Source of the DNA: Octopus vulgaris
Taxonomy: Eukaryota
Length of the DNA stretch: 64,000 nt
Assembly: GCA_951406725.2 (NCBI GenBank)
Contig: OX597832.1
Coordinates: forward strand, 29,264,001-29,328,000
Reading direction: 5' to 3'
The first letter of the stretch is position 1, and each line of letters begins with the position of its first letter. Below the pieces are notes generated by a model, which ran no database searches, was not told the DNA's origin, and saw nothing but the letters and a program-made list of their open reading frames with translations. Shown piece after piece: positions 13,866 through 27,695 of this stretch. The position numbers were made by a program, and so were the translations under genes.

Positions 13866-14410
13866 AGAGAGCAGTGCATGCCATCAAAGTGACACTTGGG
13901 GTACAAATATACAAAGCCCAGTATATCCATCATGACTACCTGTCTGATAAGGGTACACCAGGCACATGCATCACAACCATATGTGTGTGACATGGTGATC
14001 TCAAGATAATGCATGGCCTTGCAGGTGGGGCCCAGTTAGAATTTCCTTCAGGTTGAGTAGTCCATCCCACTCAAAATGTCCCTGAATAAGGGTTGTTTAA
14101 GGATGTTGAACAAATCACCCATGTTTCCAGAGGTGAACTATTCAAACCCCAAAGAATCCCTCTCAACACATGGCTATGATGCTCCCCCACTACTTCTGCT
14201 CGTGATCAGAGATGCCCATATCGTCAGCCACTAAGGGACATGCTCAACTGGTTAAGGTCAAACAACTGACAAGCAAATCTGTGGTATTGAGCAGAATATT
14301 TGCTGTAGCCCATCTTTTATACCAAGACAAAACAATGTACAAGATGACACTTCCAATCAATTAAGATCAGAAGCCATGAGAGCCACTGTCCGGTACTGCA
14401 TCAGGGCATT
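13866..14410. repeat. ~550-bp interspersed element adjoining (TTA)n; copy 1
   Basis: High similarity to the reverse complement of 55190-55748. Confidence 0.8.
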
Positions 14411-14517
14411 TATTATTATTATTATTATTATTTAATATTTATTATTATTATTATTTATTATTATTATTATTTATTGTTGTTGTTAACATGTGACTTAATT
14501 GTGTATATTCTTCCTAG

Positions 14518-14855
14518 GCTTCTGCCAAATGTGGCCACCCATCCTCACGAGTTCCAAGACATGCAGACAATATGGTACATGAAAAGTTCGTTTATGAATG
14601 GCCCTCAAAGAAGAACCTTAAACGGCCAATCACAGCTGCTGGAACGAGTCTCGACCGGCTTGTACGGGACATTACTGACAAAGTCAAAATAGCCTACGAC
14701 TTCTGGATAAATGTCCCTTATTTTGTATGCAAAGAATCTCTGTCTTCAAGAGGTGCTCCAGTCAGTAAATATCAGGTGACGTTAGGTAACCTGTCCTCGG
14801 TCACAGCCATGACACCTAACGAAGAAAATTGTTGGTCTGCAAATGGAAAAGACAG
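14518..14855 (+). CDS. GPC6: Glypican exon: ASAKCGHPSSRVPRHAD...RPITAAGTSLDRLVRDITDKVK...FWINVPYFVCK...NEENCWSANGKD
   Basis: ttcctag| ... |gtaatt; 338 nt, phase 0->2. RP.TAAGTSLDRLV.D is as in GPC4/6. RVPR is a candidate furin site (R-x-x-R) at the usual position. Confidence 0.93.
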
Positions 14856-14941
14856 GTAATTTTATTTATTATACATCTATCTATCTCTCCATCTATGTAT
14901 CTATCATGCATCTCTCTCTCTTTATATATACATATATATAC

Positions 14942-15076
14942 ATAGAGGGAAACCGCTATGTGGACACCCTTTTGCTAGAAATAGATCCGCTATGGTCTTA
15001 CCACTAAGAAATTTTCTCAAGAAAATCTCGGATCTATTTCTAGTATAAGGGTGTCCACATAGTGGTTTCATTCTAA
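14942..15076. repeat. Short foldback/MITE-like palindrome in (TA)n
   Basis: gaaaccgctatgtggacaccctt..ctagaaatagatccg / cggatctatttctag..aagggtgtccacatagtggtttc. Confidence 0.7.
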
Positions 15077-15644
15077 TATGTATGTTATACAATTTTACTG
15101 AACCTTTTTTTTTTTAATGCTATACACATATATATACATATATATATATATATGTCTGCGATGAGTTGAGAAGTGGTGATGAGTGACAATTCCGTAAATA
15201 ATATTTTATAAGTTATAGCTTATAAGCAAATTGCTGTATATTGACTAAAAAAATAGTCTAATATTGGGGCATATACCCCAATAGTAGATTATTTTCTTTG
15301 GTCAATACACGGTGACCACTTATAAACTGTAAGCTGATATTTATTATTATTATTTATGCACAAGACTGGCTGCGTGATAAGTAGCTTGCTTACCAGCCAC
15401 ATGGTTCCAAGTTCAGTCCCAGTGTAGCACCTTGGGCAAGTGTCCTCTACTATAGCCTCGGGCTGACTAAAGCCTTGTGAGTGGATTTGGTTGACAGAAA
15501 CTGAAAGAAGCCTGGACCCATCTTTTTTTGCCTGTCCTAATTGTGGTTTCTCTTGTCCGCCTTTGTATCATCTCTCTCTCTCTCCGAATGTTTTTGTTGT
15601 CCTCTATTGTGTTTTTGTTCCATTTTTATATTTATATATATATA

Positions 15645-16025
15645 CTAGCAGTGTTGCTCGGGTTTGTTTCGACCCTTCAGAATTGGAATTTTTAAAAAGT
15701 AAAAATTTTGCATTATGTAGCTTGTTATTCTCTTGAAGTGAACATTTTTCTGGTTGAAACACACCGAAAAATGGCGACACAGCAGTCAAAAAATCGTAAA
15801 AAAAATAGGGATTTTCATAGAAAAAAAAGCACCTTTTTGATGAAAATAATTTTTGGTGTTAACATGGTCCAATTTGAATTTTATCTCTACGGAAGGAAGA
15901 GCAAGCCTTATTCTATTATACTCTCAATTTTAGTCAACTTGCACTGCAGGGTCTTGGAGGAGATAGTGTTAGTTGAAGGCTACCAAACCTGCCATACACA
16001 GACAACTTCAGCTTTATATATATAG
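15645..16025 (+). mobile_element. Putative non-autonomous Helentron/HINE-like element inserted within a family B SINE
   Basis: Begins TACTAGCAG followed by a short GC-rich segment, ends CTTTATATATATAG. Assignment is from terminal pattern only. Confidence 0.35.
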
Positions 16026-16388
16026 AGAGAGATATAAATGTGTGTGTGTGTGCATCTGTTTGTCCTCCCAATGTGGCTTGACAACCAATGCTGGTCTGTT
16101 TACGTCCCCGTAACATTAGCAGTTCGGCAAAACAGACCAATAGAATAAGTACTGAAACAAATAAAAGAATGTCGTGTCTTTTATATTTAAACAGAGTGGT
16201 CATGTTTGGACCAACTTTGATTCATAACTTTACTCGATCAGAGCCGAGCTGATATCAGACAAGTTTCTGATGTCTTTTGTTATGTTTTGCTTTAAAAACT
16301 GCATGAACATCACAACATCATTTGTATTTTATTAAACTGTTTGTGTTTACATGTCTAGTAATTGTTCTTGTGGTCTTGTTGCCGTTAG

Positions 16389-16555
16389 TGATTGGTCTGT
16401 GATGCTGAAGGACGAAACGGATCTGTCGGAAGACTCGGATCCCGAATTGAAGCAAATGAAGACCGTGATTTCATATCAGATGACGCAGCTGAGGAGTATA
16501 ACGATGAAGCTGGAGGACGCATACAACGGGGAGGACGTGGAGTCTTTGATAAACG
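16389..16555 (+). CDS. GPC6: Glypican exon: (S)DWSVMLKDETDLSEDSDPELKQMKTVISYQMTQLRSITMKLEDAYNGEDVESLIN
   Basis: gttag| ... |gtgagt; 167 nt, phase 2->1. Q...LR..T.KL..AYNG.DV matches the glypican C-terminal helix. Confidence 0.9.
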
Positions 16556-17325
16556 GTGAGTGGGGGAGAGGGAGGAGTGTTGAGTGTTTGGTGGATGTAA
16601 GGGGGGAGGGAAGTGTGGAGTGAAAGTGTGGAGTGGTGAGGGAGGTGTTGAGTGAAGGTGGGGGAGGGAGATGCTGAGTGAAGTGGGAAGAGGAAGCTTT
16701 GAGTGAAAGTGGGAGGTGTTGAGTGAAGGTAATGGGAGGGAAGTGTTGAGTGAAAGTGGGAGGTGTTGAGTGAAGGTAATGGGAGGGAAGTGTTGAGTAA
16801 ACGTAGGAAGAGGAGGCTTTGAGTGAAGGTGGGGGAGGGAGATGCTGAGTGAAGGTAAGAGGAGTGAGATGCTGAGTGAAGTGGGAAGAGGAGGCTTTGA
16901 GTGAAGGTAATGGGAGGAAAGTGTTGGGTAAACGTAGGAAGAGGAGGCTTTGAGTGAAGGTAATGGGAGGGAAGTGTTGAGTAAACATAGGAAGAGGAGG
17001 CTTTGAGTGAAGGTGGGGGAGGGAGATGCTGAGTGAAGGTAAGAGGAGTGAGATGCTGAGTGAAGTGGGAAGAGGAGGCTTTGAGTGAAAGTGGGAGGTG
17101 TTGAGTGAAGGTAATGGGAGGGAAGTGTTGGGTAAACGTAGGAAGAGGAGGCTTTGAGTGAAGGCGGGGTAAATGAGGTGTTGAGTGAAAGTAGAGGAAA
17201 GGAAGTTTTGAGTGAAGGTAGGGAAAGGAGATGTTGAGTGAAGGTGGGAGATGGAAGTGTTGGGTGAAAGTGGGAGTAGAGAGGTATTGAGTGAAGGTGG
17301 GGTAGAGAGATGTTGAGTGAAGGTT
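16556..17325. repeat. Purine-rich ~22-25-bp minisatellite (core TTGAGTGAAGGT..GGAGG) beginning at a glypican donor site
   Basis: About 30 degenerate units read directly. Confidence 0.9.
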
Positions 17326-18317
17326 TATGGTTGGAATTAATAAAGGTGATTTATTTTGGGGAAATTAAAGGTTAAAACTTAAACATTGCTTTGTCCAGTT
17401 GTTGATGGGTAGGGGACAGGGGCAATATATCATTGGAAAACGGGTGGTGAGGGAGTAATGACTGTGCTGATGATTTAGGGGAATGTGGACCCTTAGGTAT
17501 CCATTGATGCATGGTTGTTGTGGATAAGGGGTTCATAAAAAGGGTCCAGTTGTCTACAGGTGATGGGTGTCAGTAATATATGACCACAGAAGCTTGTTCT
17601 TCATTGGGGTCTAACTTAAAAGATTGAAGAGCAGAAAATGTTTAAGGCCCTCGTATTTAGGGTTAAATTATGGGATCAATGGTTTAAAAGTGGATCTTCC
17701 TGTGGTCACATTATTGGTTTTTAATTGCTAGGTGACCATCATTCTGAGCAGTGTGTAACTGTTGACCATTGGTCTCAGGCCAATGTCTCTCTATCATGCA
17801 TGGGCCACCTTTTTTGAGAAGTGGGCCTCAGGAGACATGAAGCATCACCAGGTAACCCACACATCTGAAAAAAAAAAAGTTCAGTGGAATTTTTCTTTTA
17901 GGTATGCCATTCAGAAAATCCTGTGGGTTTCTGTTTGCCCACGATTGTGCAATATAGTGGTCTTCTTTGAAATAGCAGCAAGGTTTCCTTTTAATCTAAA
18001 CACACAATCTTGAGAAAGAAGACCTTAAGTAATGTCGTCTTAATGGACCCCTAATGAGACAAAATGGCTGTGGTTAGAATGCCTTGATTTGGGGTTTGAC
18101 TTGGTTAAACAACAACAACACTTCATGGTTAAGTGACTGCAAAGGTGACAGCTGTGCCACAGTTAGGGGCCACTGATTTTAGGACTTGTAGTAATTATCA
18201 CACTCACTTCAGTCACTAAAATAAATCTGTCCATCAATCTAGGGCTCTGTGAGTGACCACTGGTCATTTGCTTGCCAACCACCAGTCTGCTTTGGCATGG
18301 TTTCTACAGCTGGGTGC

Positions 18318-18514
18318 TTTTACGTGCCACTACAAGGGCTCCTTTTACATGGCACCGCACGGGCACCTTTTCATGGCACCACAAGGGCTCTTTGTGCATA
18401 CCACCGTATGGGTGTTTTTGCATGGCACCACACGAGCGCTTTTGCATGGCACCACAAGGGCTCTTTGTACATGGCACCACAAGGGCTCTTTGTACATGGC
18501 ACCACAAGGGCTCT
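18318..18514. repeat. ~22-25-bp minisatellite (TACATGGCACCACAAGGGCTCTTTG) grown from a family C SINE segment
   Basis: About 8 units directly after tttctacagctgggtgcttttacgtgccac. Confidence 0.85.
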
Positions 18515-18630
18515 TAAACGTGTTCCTAAATCATTACACCCCCACTCCTACCCCTCCAAGCTTCACACTATCTCCTCCCACCGTCACTCAACCTAACCAT
18601 CTTTCTTTTTCTTCTCTCTTCTCCTTGCAG

Positions 18631-18899
18631 ACATCTACGGCAGTGGGGACAGCAGTGGTTACGATGACCTCAGTGGATCGGGCAGTGGTGATCATGAGGA
18701 CGATTCCATCACGTACAAGGAAAACAATGAACACCAATCAAACACTGACGGCTACTACTTTGCATCCACTACTCCGCGTACCAAATCTTTCAGACCTGCG
18801 CCTGACGATCGGTCATCGGCCAGAGCGCCGCACTGGTCAGTGGCCGTACTCAGCCTAGTATTCACCTCTCAACTATTATACACTCATTTGTTTTTTTAA
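18631..18899 (+). CDS. GPC6: Glypican last coding exon with heparan-sulfate attachment SG cluster and GPI signal: (D)IYGSGDSSGYDDLSGSGSGDHEDD...DDRSSARAPHWSVAVLSLVFTSQLLYTHLFF*
   Basis: Long pyrimidine tract + ttgcag| acceptor, phase 1. Five SG dipeptides in acidic context, small residues (SSA) before a hydrophobic tail, TAA at 18897-18899. Confidence 0.93.
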
Positions 18900-19052
18900 G
18901 AACTCCCATGAATATATAAATATATATACACACACACATATAAACATAGATATACTTTTATACATGTGTGTATATATATGTATACATACATATATATATA
19001 TATATATGTGCATACATTCATTTATACATATATGTATATGTGTGTGTGTATG

Positions 19053-19092
<40 letters not shown>

Positions 19093-19133
19093 TATAAACA
19101 TAGATATACTTCTATACATGTGTGTATATATGT

Positions 19134-19167
<34 letters not shown>

Positions 19168-20594
19168 GTGCATACATATATATATCTGTGCATACATTCA
19201 TTTATACATATATGTATATGCGTGTGTATGTATATATATATATACACACACACGTACGCACGCACACACACACACACACACTCTTTCATATGCAAGTACA
19301 TACGTGTACACACATCACAAATGTACTCACACACACACACACGTGCACGCACACACGGTGACTGAGTGTGGTGCTGTGTTACGGAGTTGCTAAAACTGGG
19401 GGATGGGGGGAACTAGGGGGAGGGTGGTATGTTGTTGATTAGGTCGGGTTGTGTGGGGGTGTGGGGGGAGTAAGGAATTACGAGGTAGGACCGAGTGGGG
19501 TGGGGCAGCAGAGTGGTGGCCGGGGATTTTACGGATCGGATCGTAGCAGTTGTACCGCTTGCTTCTACCAGATCCCCTCCCCCCCCCACCTTCCTAGCAA
19601 TTCTGCCATGGTGAGCTTAAGGTCAGAGGTGAGGGGGGAGGGGTAGCATGTGACTGGTGAACCAAGGGTGATTGGGACGTTGGGGCCCTGCCCTAGAGAA
19701 GGGGGAAAAGTGAGTGGGGGGCGGGAAGAGATGAAAAGAAAAAACTTATTTTCTTAAAATTGCCAAAAAACTTTTTAAATCACAGATCAACAACACCCAC
19801 CAATAATAATTATAATAATTAATAATAATAATAATAACAATAATATAATAATAATGACAGTGAAATTTATTAAGATATTAATTAATCAAAAACAATGAAA
19901 ATTATGAAAAAGTAAAAAAAACTTACCCAAATTAACCAATGTGACCCTTTGACCTTTGACCTTATTATTTTATTTCTTTATTGTTTTTGTTTATATTTTC
20001 TTTTGTTGTTTATTATTTCAAAGAAGACAAAAATGGTAAATTGTCCAAATTCTTGTAGATTGGCATCAATCTCTTTTTTTTTATGTTCTGAATTCAAAAT
20101 CTCAGCAATGGCTTTGCTTTGCCTTTTCATTCTTCCAAAGGAGATCAACTGAAGCGGCGTACCAGTAATATACTGGGGGCCAAAAAAGAAAAAAAGATCA
20201 TTTCAATCGATTCTACCCTTCTCCCTACATGTGGCTATTGTGTTGAAACGAGGAACCCATGTCGTTAATTATTAATTATCAATAATCCTCTTTAACACCT
20301 GAAAATGTTTCGATAAATATTTTTAATTGTTTTGTTTTTTTTTCCTTTAAGGTGTCTTGTAAACAAAATGAGAAAAGGTAAAAAAAAAGAAAACAAATTA
20401 TTATTTTTTTAAATTTCTTTATTTTTATGTTTATTTGTTTTTTTTTTAACCATGTGACCCAACCCTGGTGTTGAACTCTGAACCTTTTGTTGTTATGTGA
20501 CATCTAGACTGTTCTCTCCCTTCCTAGGCCCAACATCTCTCCACTTCCACCGTGTTTTATACACATCTCAAGCAATAATAATAAGATAAAGATG

Positions 20595-20628
<34 letters not shown>

Positions 20629-21494
20629 TAACAATAATAATAATAATTATAATAATTACAACCAGGTTAAGAAAACCACTCTGGTAGAATTTCAGGAAAA
20701 GTTAAAAATTTTCTACAAATTAGTAAGTGTTCTTTTTTTTGTAATTATATGTATACATCCATGTGTGTGTGTGTGTGTGTGTGGCCATATATATGTATAC
20801 ACAAATATATGTGAGTGTGTGTATATGTATATATATATACGTGTGATTGTGTGTACACACATGCAAATCTGCATGTGCACAAGTGCATCTGTAGAGAATT
20901 ATATATATTTACATGTATGTATACTGTGTGTTTTAACGCGCACGCATACACATACACAAACATATATACACACACACACACACACATCCATCGTATACAT
21001 ACTTGCACACAAACGCACATACATAGACAGACATATATATACGCACACATACACACCTGCCTAAACAACTCTATGCGCATATGTGTATATGTATGTGTGT
21101 GTGTGTGTATATTTAAATATACAGCATCATTACTGCATAGAGATTAACTCTTCTTCAAGAGTCACATTGAAGATGTGAGTGAAGGCCCGATTGGTTGGCA
21201 GAGAGCAGTGCTGCAACCTGATTGGTAGAGAGCTGTGCTGCAATTTGATTGGTCGATAGAAAGCCGTGCTGTACCCCTAATCGTTAGGGAACAGTTACCG
21301 CAACAACACATACAGCAGGAAAAGGAGATTCATCTCCTGAAATCTTAGCACACATCGAACAACAACATCAACAAGAACAACAACAATGATAATAATTCTG
21401 CTAAGAATGGCTGTTATTTTCCTGCCTTTGTATTCACCTCAATGTCACCATATACAATGATGATCATGATGTACACTATAACCCTGGGCTGCTT

Positions 21495-21526
<32 letters not shown>

Positions 21527-21904
21527 TATATATTCATTCTAAGACATCAGTGGTGATCTGGTGTCCACCTACACTGAGAAAAAAATAATGACGGTTCTTT
21601 ATGTCAAGTTGATGTCCAAAGTTGTGAGGTCCGTCACCTTTCAAAACTGGCCTGGTCTCCCCCCCCCACTGCTACTATATATATTTCCCACAGCTGTCCA
21701 CAACATTGAAAGTGTTCCTGAAAATGTGCCATTTCCATATGAAGAACTTGTTTGTTTGTGGAGTTTGTTCTCGTTGGAACTCAAAAACAACAGCAGAAAA
21801 TCATCTGCGAAGTTTGAGTCGGAGAAAAACCAAAAAAAAAAAGTTCAACAGTGAATTTTGTCAATCGAGTAAATTTTAAATATTTGTAAATTAATACATG
21901 TATG

Positions 21905-21936
<32 letters not shown>

Positions 21937-24900
21937 TAACATATACATGTTTAATACATGTGTATATATTATAAAGATGGAACAAGAAAAAAAGTGTTTT
22001 TTATATCTTATAAACTTTCAATCTCTCAGATAACAGTAATTATAATACCAGATCAGGTTTGAACCAGCTTTCACAGGTTTCGCTCTTTGCTGGGCCTCAG
22101 TCTGTGAACACTTCACCTGTCGTTTCATATTAACTTCACAGTTGGAAATGTCTTTTTTTCTTTTCTTTTCTTTTTTTTTTTTTTTGTGTTTCCAAAGAAA
22201 TCTTAATTTTGTTTTCAAAAAAGCCAGCAATATTAACATTTATCTCCGAGGTTTTGTTTGACCGACTTTCAGCATGGTCTCCCTGTTCCCCCCCAGCCCC
22301 CTCGCCCACCCATCATGTCACCTTAGTTTCTTGTATGGTCTTTCTTCTTCCTCTTCTGCTTCTTCTTCCTCTTCTACATCCTTACTAGCAGGTATTACGA
22401 AACTAAATTATTGATTACCAAGGTAAAAAAAAAAAAGAAAGATCCATTTTTTGCGATGTTTTTTTCCACAAAACTCACACAGACAAATTTTAATAAAAGA
22501 TTAATTAATTGTGCAAATGGAAATTTTTAGGAAGAATTATCCCATTAGATGTGGATGGTACCAAAAATGACAGCAAATGTTCTCTGATCTAATTTGTTTT
22601 TATTGATTTTGTTATTATCTTTAACTTTGTTGAATACTGTGTCTCCCCCACCCACCCCCAACCATTCATTGCAAAATATTCAGATTTTTCCCTCAAAAAC
22701 TTTTCCTGATGCAGACTTTTATTTATTATTTATTCTGGATTTTTCTCATCTTCCATCATTTCTTTTACAACTGCTGAAATCAATTTACCATTCCTTCATG
22801 TCTATCCTGGGTCTTGGACTAGTTCTTTTTTTTTTTTTTCATAGTTTCCACATTAGATTTAACTGGAATTTATACAAATCAAAAAATACCTTAGCTTTTC
22901 TGCTTGAGGGAAAACGAATGGAATAATGGTGAAATGGTTAAATTCCTTAGCTACGGAATTTCATAGCATCATTGCACTAAATCTCTGAGGAACATTTCGT
23001 TCCAATCGTCAGAGAATTATTATTCTTTTCTAAATATTCCATTAGTAATTTACCATTCTTGAAGTTAGTGTGCTCAATGGATAAGAAAACAGGTTTTAGA
23101 AATATTGTTCTTGTGGGAGGTTTTTACCATTTTAAAGATTCTAGAAATTAATTTTTATTTTTGTATTCTTAGACTTGCAGCTTCACTTTTAGTTCTTTGA
23201 ACCATTTTCCCTTTTGGTTCTTCCAAAACTTTGTTTTTTGCTTGTTTGTGAATTTGTTCTTGGAATTTCACCATGTATGACATCTCTATCACCATATACA
23301 TCCTCCCTCCCCCCCAACTATTCTGTTAGATTTATTTGATGCTACTCAGATATTAGGTTGCATCACAAACCTATCCATCATCACTATTAACACCATATTC
23401 CTGGAATTATCTTTAGTGGAACTGTTATAACCATTTTCCAATGTTGTATGGTTTAAAAATTGTGTCAACTGCTGACTGTGTGTGTCTGTGTGTGTTTCTA
23501 AACAGGATTTTTATTGTTTTGCTTCTAATTCTTTGTTAAATCTCAAACCAAAAAGTTTCATCAATGGAAGTACTTAGTCTGTGAGCAGAAGAATATTGGA
23601 TCAGGTTAGTTTTCTCTTTGACTTCTCTTAGATTCCAAAGCAAGAACACACCAGTGCCAAGAATTTCCCTTTGAAACATCTGAAGACAGCACCAAGCTGC
23701 TGCTCTCCAAGACAACCCTCATATCAGGTCATTCCATTAAACAATGGCTCCTTCCCCTCCCCATCTTACCTCACATTCACTCCTTGGTTCTTACGTCTGT
23801 CTCTTGTGTGGTTCTATTTTAGAATTGGTAACCCTATTTCCGTCCTTTTGTTATTGAAAACTTCCGTAATCAAATTCCATATTGCAAATTATTCTCTTCA
23901 CCATTCTTCTGGTGAAATGGCATCATCACTAATTAAAAAAAATATATAAAAATCTGCTGGGGAAAAAAAAATGGTAAATTCCATCAAGTTTTACCAACCA
24001 GTTGTTATCTACACAAATTTTAATTAAAGTTTGTTCATAATTTGAAATGTTTTTTTATTTGACATTTTCTATCCATTTGTAAATTAAAAAAAGAAAGAAA
24101 AAAAAAACTACCAAGGAAAGACTCTGCCTGGAGATAAAAAGAAATTTTTAATTTGATGTAAACATTGTCGTATTAATTAGTTTTTAAACTGTGTCTGGAG
24201 GCCAAACGGAGTGAATGAGATCTTGAACAATTTGACATGTCATCTAAATTGCCAAACTAGCAAGAGATTAATAAGATGGTAGTTGTGGATTGAATTGAAA
24301 TATTCAGTTGTAAAACGTTATTAAACTATTTTTGTTGCTACAGAAATATGAAGATGACATTCTTTGTGAATAATGCTGCTATGCAATTCCACACCAAAGT
24401 GGAAATTCCGATTTGCAATACTGAAAGAGGAGGAAGAACTTGGAGATGATTTTTTTTTATTTCATTTGAACATTGTTTTTTTTTTCTTTTGTAAAACTTA
24501 TTTCTGTCGATTCTTACCTGGAATGAAAGGGGTTTTGAAATGACAAGACTGGGGACATTTGGGAAAACATAGAAAAGGAACAGTTTGGAGTTGGCTGTGT
24601 TTGACGGGAACAGTGGTTTGAGATTCTGTGTGTCCTCCCATGTATTATATCGTCCTATTACCAAAGATATTCCAGCTATGACCATCCTGTCTTTTTATTC
24701 ACTTAGACTACATTGTGAGGGTGATTTAAAGGCAACTTGGCTGCTATCTCTAGCAGGATGCATGACTATAGAGTATATGAGAGAAGGGAGGAAGAATATG
24801 GAATGAGCAGGAGAAAGAGAGAACTTGATTTAATAAGTTCCTTGCGAAATATTTTCAACATTTGCTAATTTCTTATTTATTGTAATTTCAGTTTAATTTC

Positions 24901-25020
24901 TGAGACTGCGTGTAGTCTCTAGAATTTGTTGTCATGTTCCTTATATAAGTGCCCCAGCAAGGCCATAGAGTGTAGCTGAAACCAATGACTGTGTATGTAA
25001 GTATGTGTGTAATATATATA

Positions 25021-25240
25021 AGTTCAGTAAAATTTAGATTCAGATGAATATGGTACTTAAGTTAAAGGCACCAGTATTTTGTATGGTATAATCCACATAA
25101 ATCAAATGGGGTGATTATCATCAAAATAGGCAACAAGGATATCCAAGGTAGAGTGGTACAATTGTTTCATGCCAAAATGAAGTAGCATGAAACAATTGTA
25201 CCACTCTACCTTGGATATCCTTGTTGCTTATTTTGATTAT
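25021..25240. mobile_element. Shorter copy of the 3001-3440 foldback family
   Basis: Same leader (agttcagta.aatttagattcagatgaatatggtacttaagttaaaggcaccag) and inverted arms; TA-flanked. Confidence 0.7.
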
Positions 25241-25834
25241 ATATATGTATATGTGTGGGTTTTTTTATCTTAACTGTTTCAGTCATTAGATTGCGGCCAT
25301 GCTGGAGCACTGCCTTGAGTTTTATTTAAATAAAATCTGGTGCTTATTCTCAGTCCTGTTTGCTGAACCACTAATTCGTAATTTAGAAAAAAAAAAAAAC
25401 ACAGGTCAATACAGTAGTGGAGTGGTGTGCGCACACAGACACACACAGTGGTTTGATAGAGTTTGTCTGCCAAATTCACTCATAAGGCATTGGTCAGCCA
25501 AGACACTTGCTCAAGGTGCCATGCAGTGGGACTGAACCTGAAACCACATGGTTGTAAGGCAAGCTTCTTAACCACACAGCCATGACTGCACACATACACA
25601 TGTATGCGTATGTATATGAAAATATATATGTGTGTGTGTGTGTAAACGTATGTATATTTATAAACATGTATGTATATATATATATTCACATATATATCAT
25701 CAATATTCATGTAACATGCGTGCATGCACATATATGCATGTGTTTATGTATATACAATAGTGTAATATATAGACTATATATAGTGAGTGTATATATATAC
25801 ACATGAATTATATATAGGCATAAATGTTTAGTGT

Positions 25835-26690
25835 TCAAGTTGTCCCCAAAAATGTTTTCACACATTCAAAGTAATTCTTTATAAAAATACATTTTTCAAA
25901 GTTTTATTGAATCTCCAGAATTTTCTTTTATTACAAACATTTTTTGTTTTCAAAGTGTTGACCATTCTGGTCCAGAAACTTGGAATCAAATCACTATGGA
26001 ATCAAATCCCAAAACACCAGGAAACATTTCTTCTGCTAATGAACCACACCGTATTCTAACTTTTGCTAAATTAACAATATTTGTCTGTAATAAAATGGTT
26101 TCTTGTGTCCCCAGTAGAGGCGCTGTTGTACCATTTTATTTTGATGTAGTTTCATCTTTTCAAACAGTTTTTGTTGAAAAGTCTGCATCTTCTACATATT
26201 CTTCCAAATATCACTGGCAGACCTCCACTCTTCCTGGCTCCAGTTCATAAACATTGAGGCATGGACTATTCTTGGAATGGAATGACATGGCTTCAGAACG
26301 TAAGGGATGTTCTTCATTTTGAAATTCCTTCATCACGACTCACTCACTGCACAGATTTCCTTCATCTCTGACGATATGCTTCGAAAATGCTTTCTTGTTC
26401 ATCAATGTCTGCAGGTCTTCAGGAATGTTCTTGTGAATTTTCCTGAAAAGTTCCATCTGCTTTAGACTTTAGACAGTGAGTCCTGCAAGGAAGATCTGTC
26501 TGAAACTCTCTCCTAAAGTCTTTGCACTTTTGTTACGTTTGCAAACATCTGGAGCCCCTAAAGATATATTTACTTTGTCCAAAGTTTAGAGTGGGTCCCT
26601 TCATTATTTCTAAGGGGTTGCTTTGAAAAAGAAAGGAAAATTTTTATAGTTATCAGTTGTTAAATTGTGTATACATTTGGGACACCTTGT
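25835..26690 (-). mobile_element. Decayed, internally deleted Tc1/mariner element
   Basis: - strand RVEVCQ*YLEEYVEDADFSTKTV*KDETTSK*NGT resembles the R..FC.W...F...I.WSDE..F..NG first catalytic block; CAxGxTGTCCC-like termini at ~25835 and ~26690. Confidence 0.55.
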
Positions 26691-27274
26691 GTGTGTGTAT
26701 ATGTATATACACCTTGCACTAGAGGCTGCGCACATGCTGGATCCATCAAACCACTCTGGATGTGTGTGTGTGTATGTATGTATATATATGGTTGTATGTA
26801 TGAGGAGCGTGCGGTGATATTTCTGGCTGGGGAAGCAATGGTCAAAATTTTGTCACATAGGTATTTGAATCAAATTGACATGTTCATTATTATACAGCTA
26901 TTTTTAAAACTAAAAAAATCGCATTTTATATTAAGGGTGTTCTGTAATTTGAAAAAGTATCAAATATTAGTTGAATAAACACAGAAAACTATACGTGTGT
27001 TATCTTTTCACCGTAAGTATTGCAAATTGACAGAAACTTAATTAATCTAAGCGTATAAGTATTTATTAGCAACTAAAATTATTCATTATCAGCTCTTATG
27101 AGAAAAAAAATTGTCTTTGTGGCATTTTTATTGGGAAAAAAGTTAAAATATTACACTGAAAAGGAAGCAACAGCTCATGTTGCTTCCCTTGCACAGATAG
27201 ATTTTTTGTTGTGTCGTCTCATGCTAATTCTGACAAATAAAAGTCTGGAGCCTATGATGTCATGTAGTTTGTAT

Positions 27275-27695
27275 TAGTAAAGATTATTTGCCAACATAAC
27301 ATGGCAGTCCTGGTTTAGGACGAATGTTGCTGTAATTTAGCCCCAGGAGACATCGTCTCCAGTTGGCTATATGACATGATCTGTGTCCTTATATTTTTGA
27401 ACAAGGGAATCTAGCACCCCCACTCAGCTCAAAACAATATCTGTGTATCACGATTTCTGGGCTATTCCTGTTCAAAATATATATAGTTTTCAAAGTGAGA
27501 ACTAAGTCACTAATCTATAAATTAGAAAATTACTATTTGCAAATCTCACAATAGATATTCAGCAACAGTACTTTGGAGTAAAAGATTGCTTTAGAAATGT
27601 TGCCGTGTTATGTTGGCAAACAATCTTTACTCCAAAGTACTATTGCTGAATATCTCTCGTTGTGAGATTTAAAAATAGTAATTTTCTAGTTTATA
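27275..27695. repeat. Nested, overlapping inverted repeats (27275-27306 with 27601-27630; 27516-27588 with 27621-27694)
   Basis: Reverse-complement matches read directly. Confidence 0.65.

Noticed and set aside
22983-23015. CTGAGGA...GTC with a short closing stem
   Set aside because: No GAAA core; chance match.
26111-26125. CTCF-like motif CCAGTAGAGGCGCTG between the two genes
   Set aside because: One base shorter than the consensus and inside a decayed Tc1/mariner relic.
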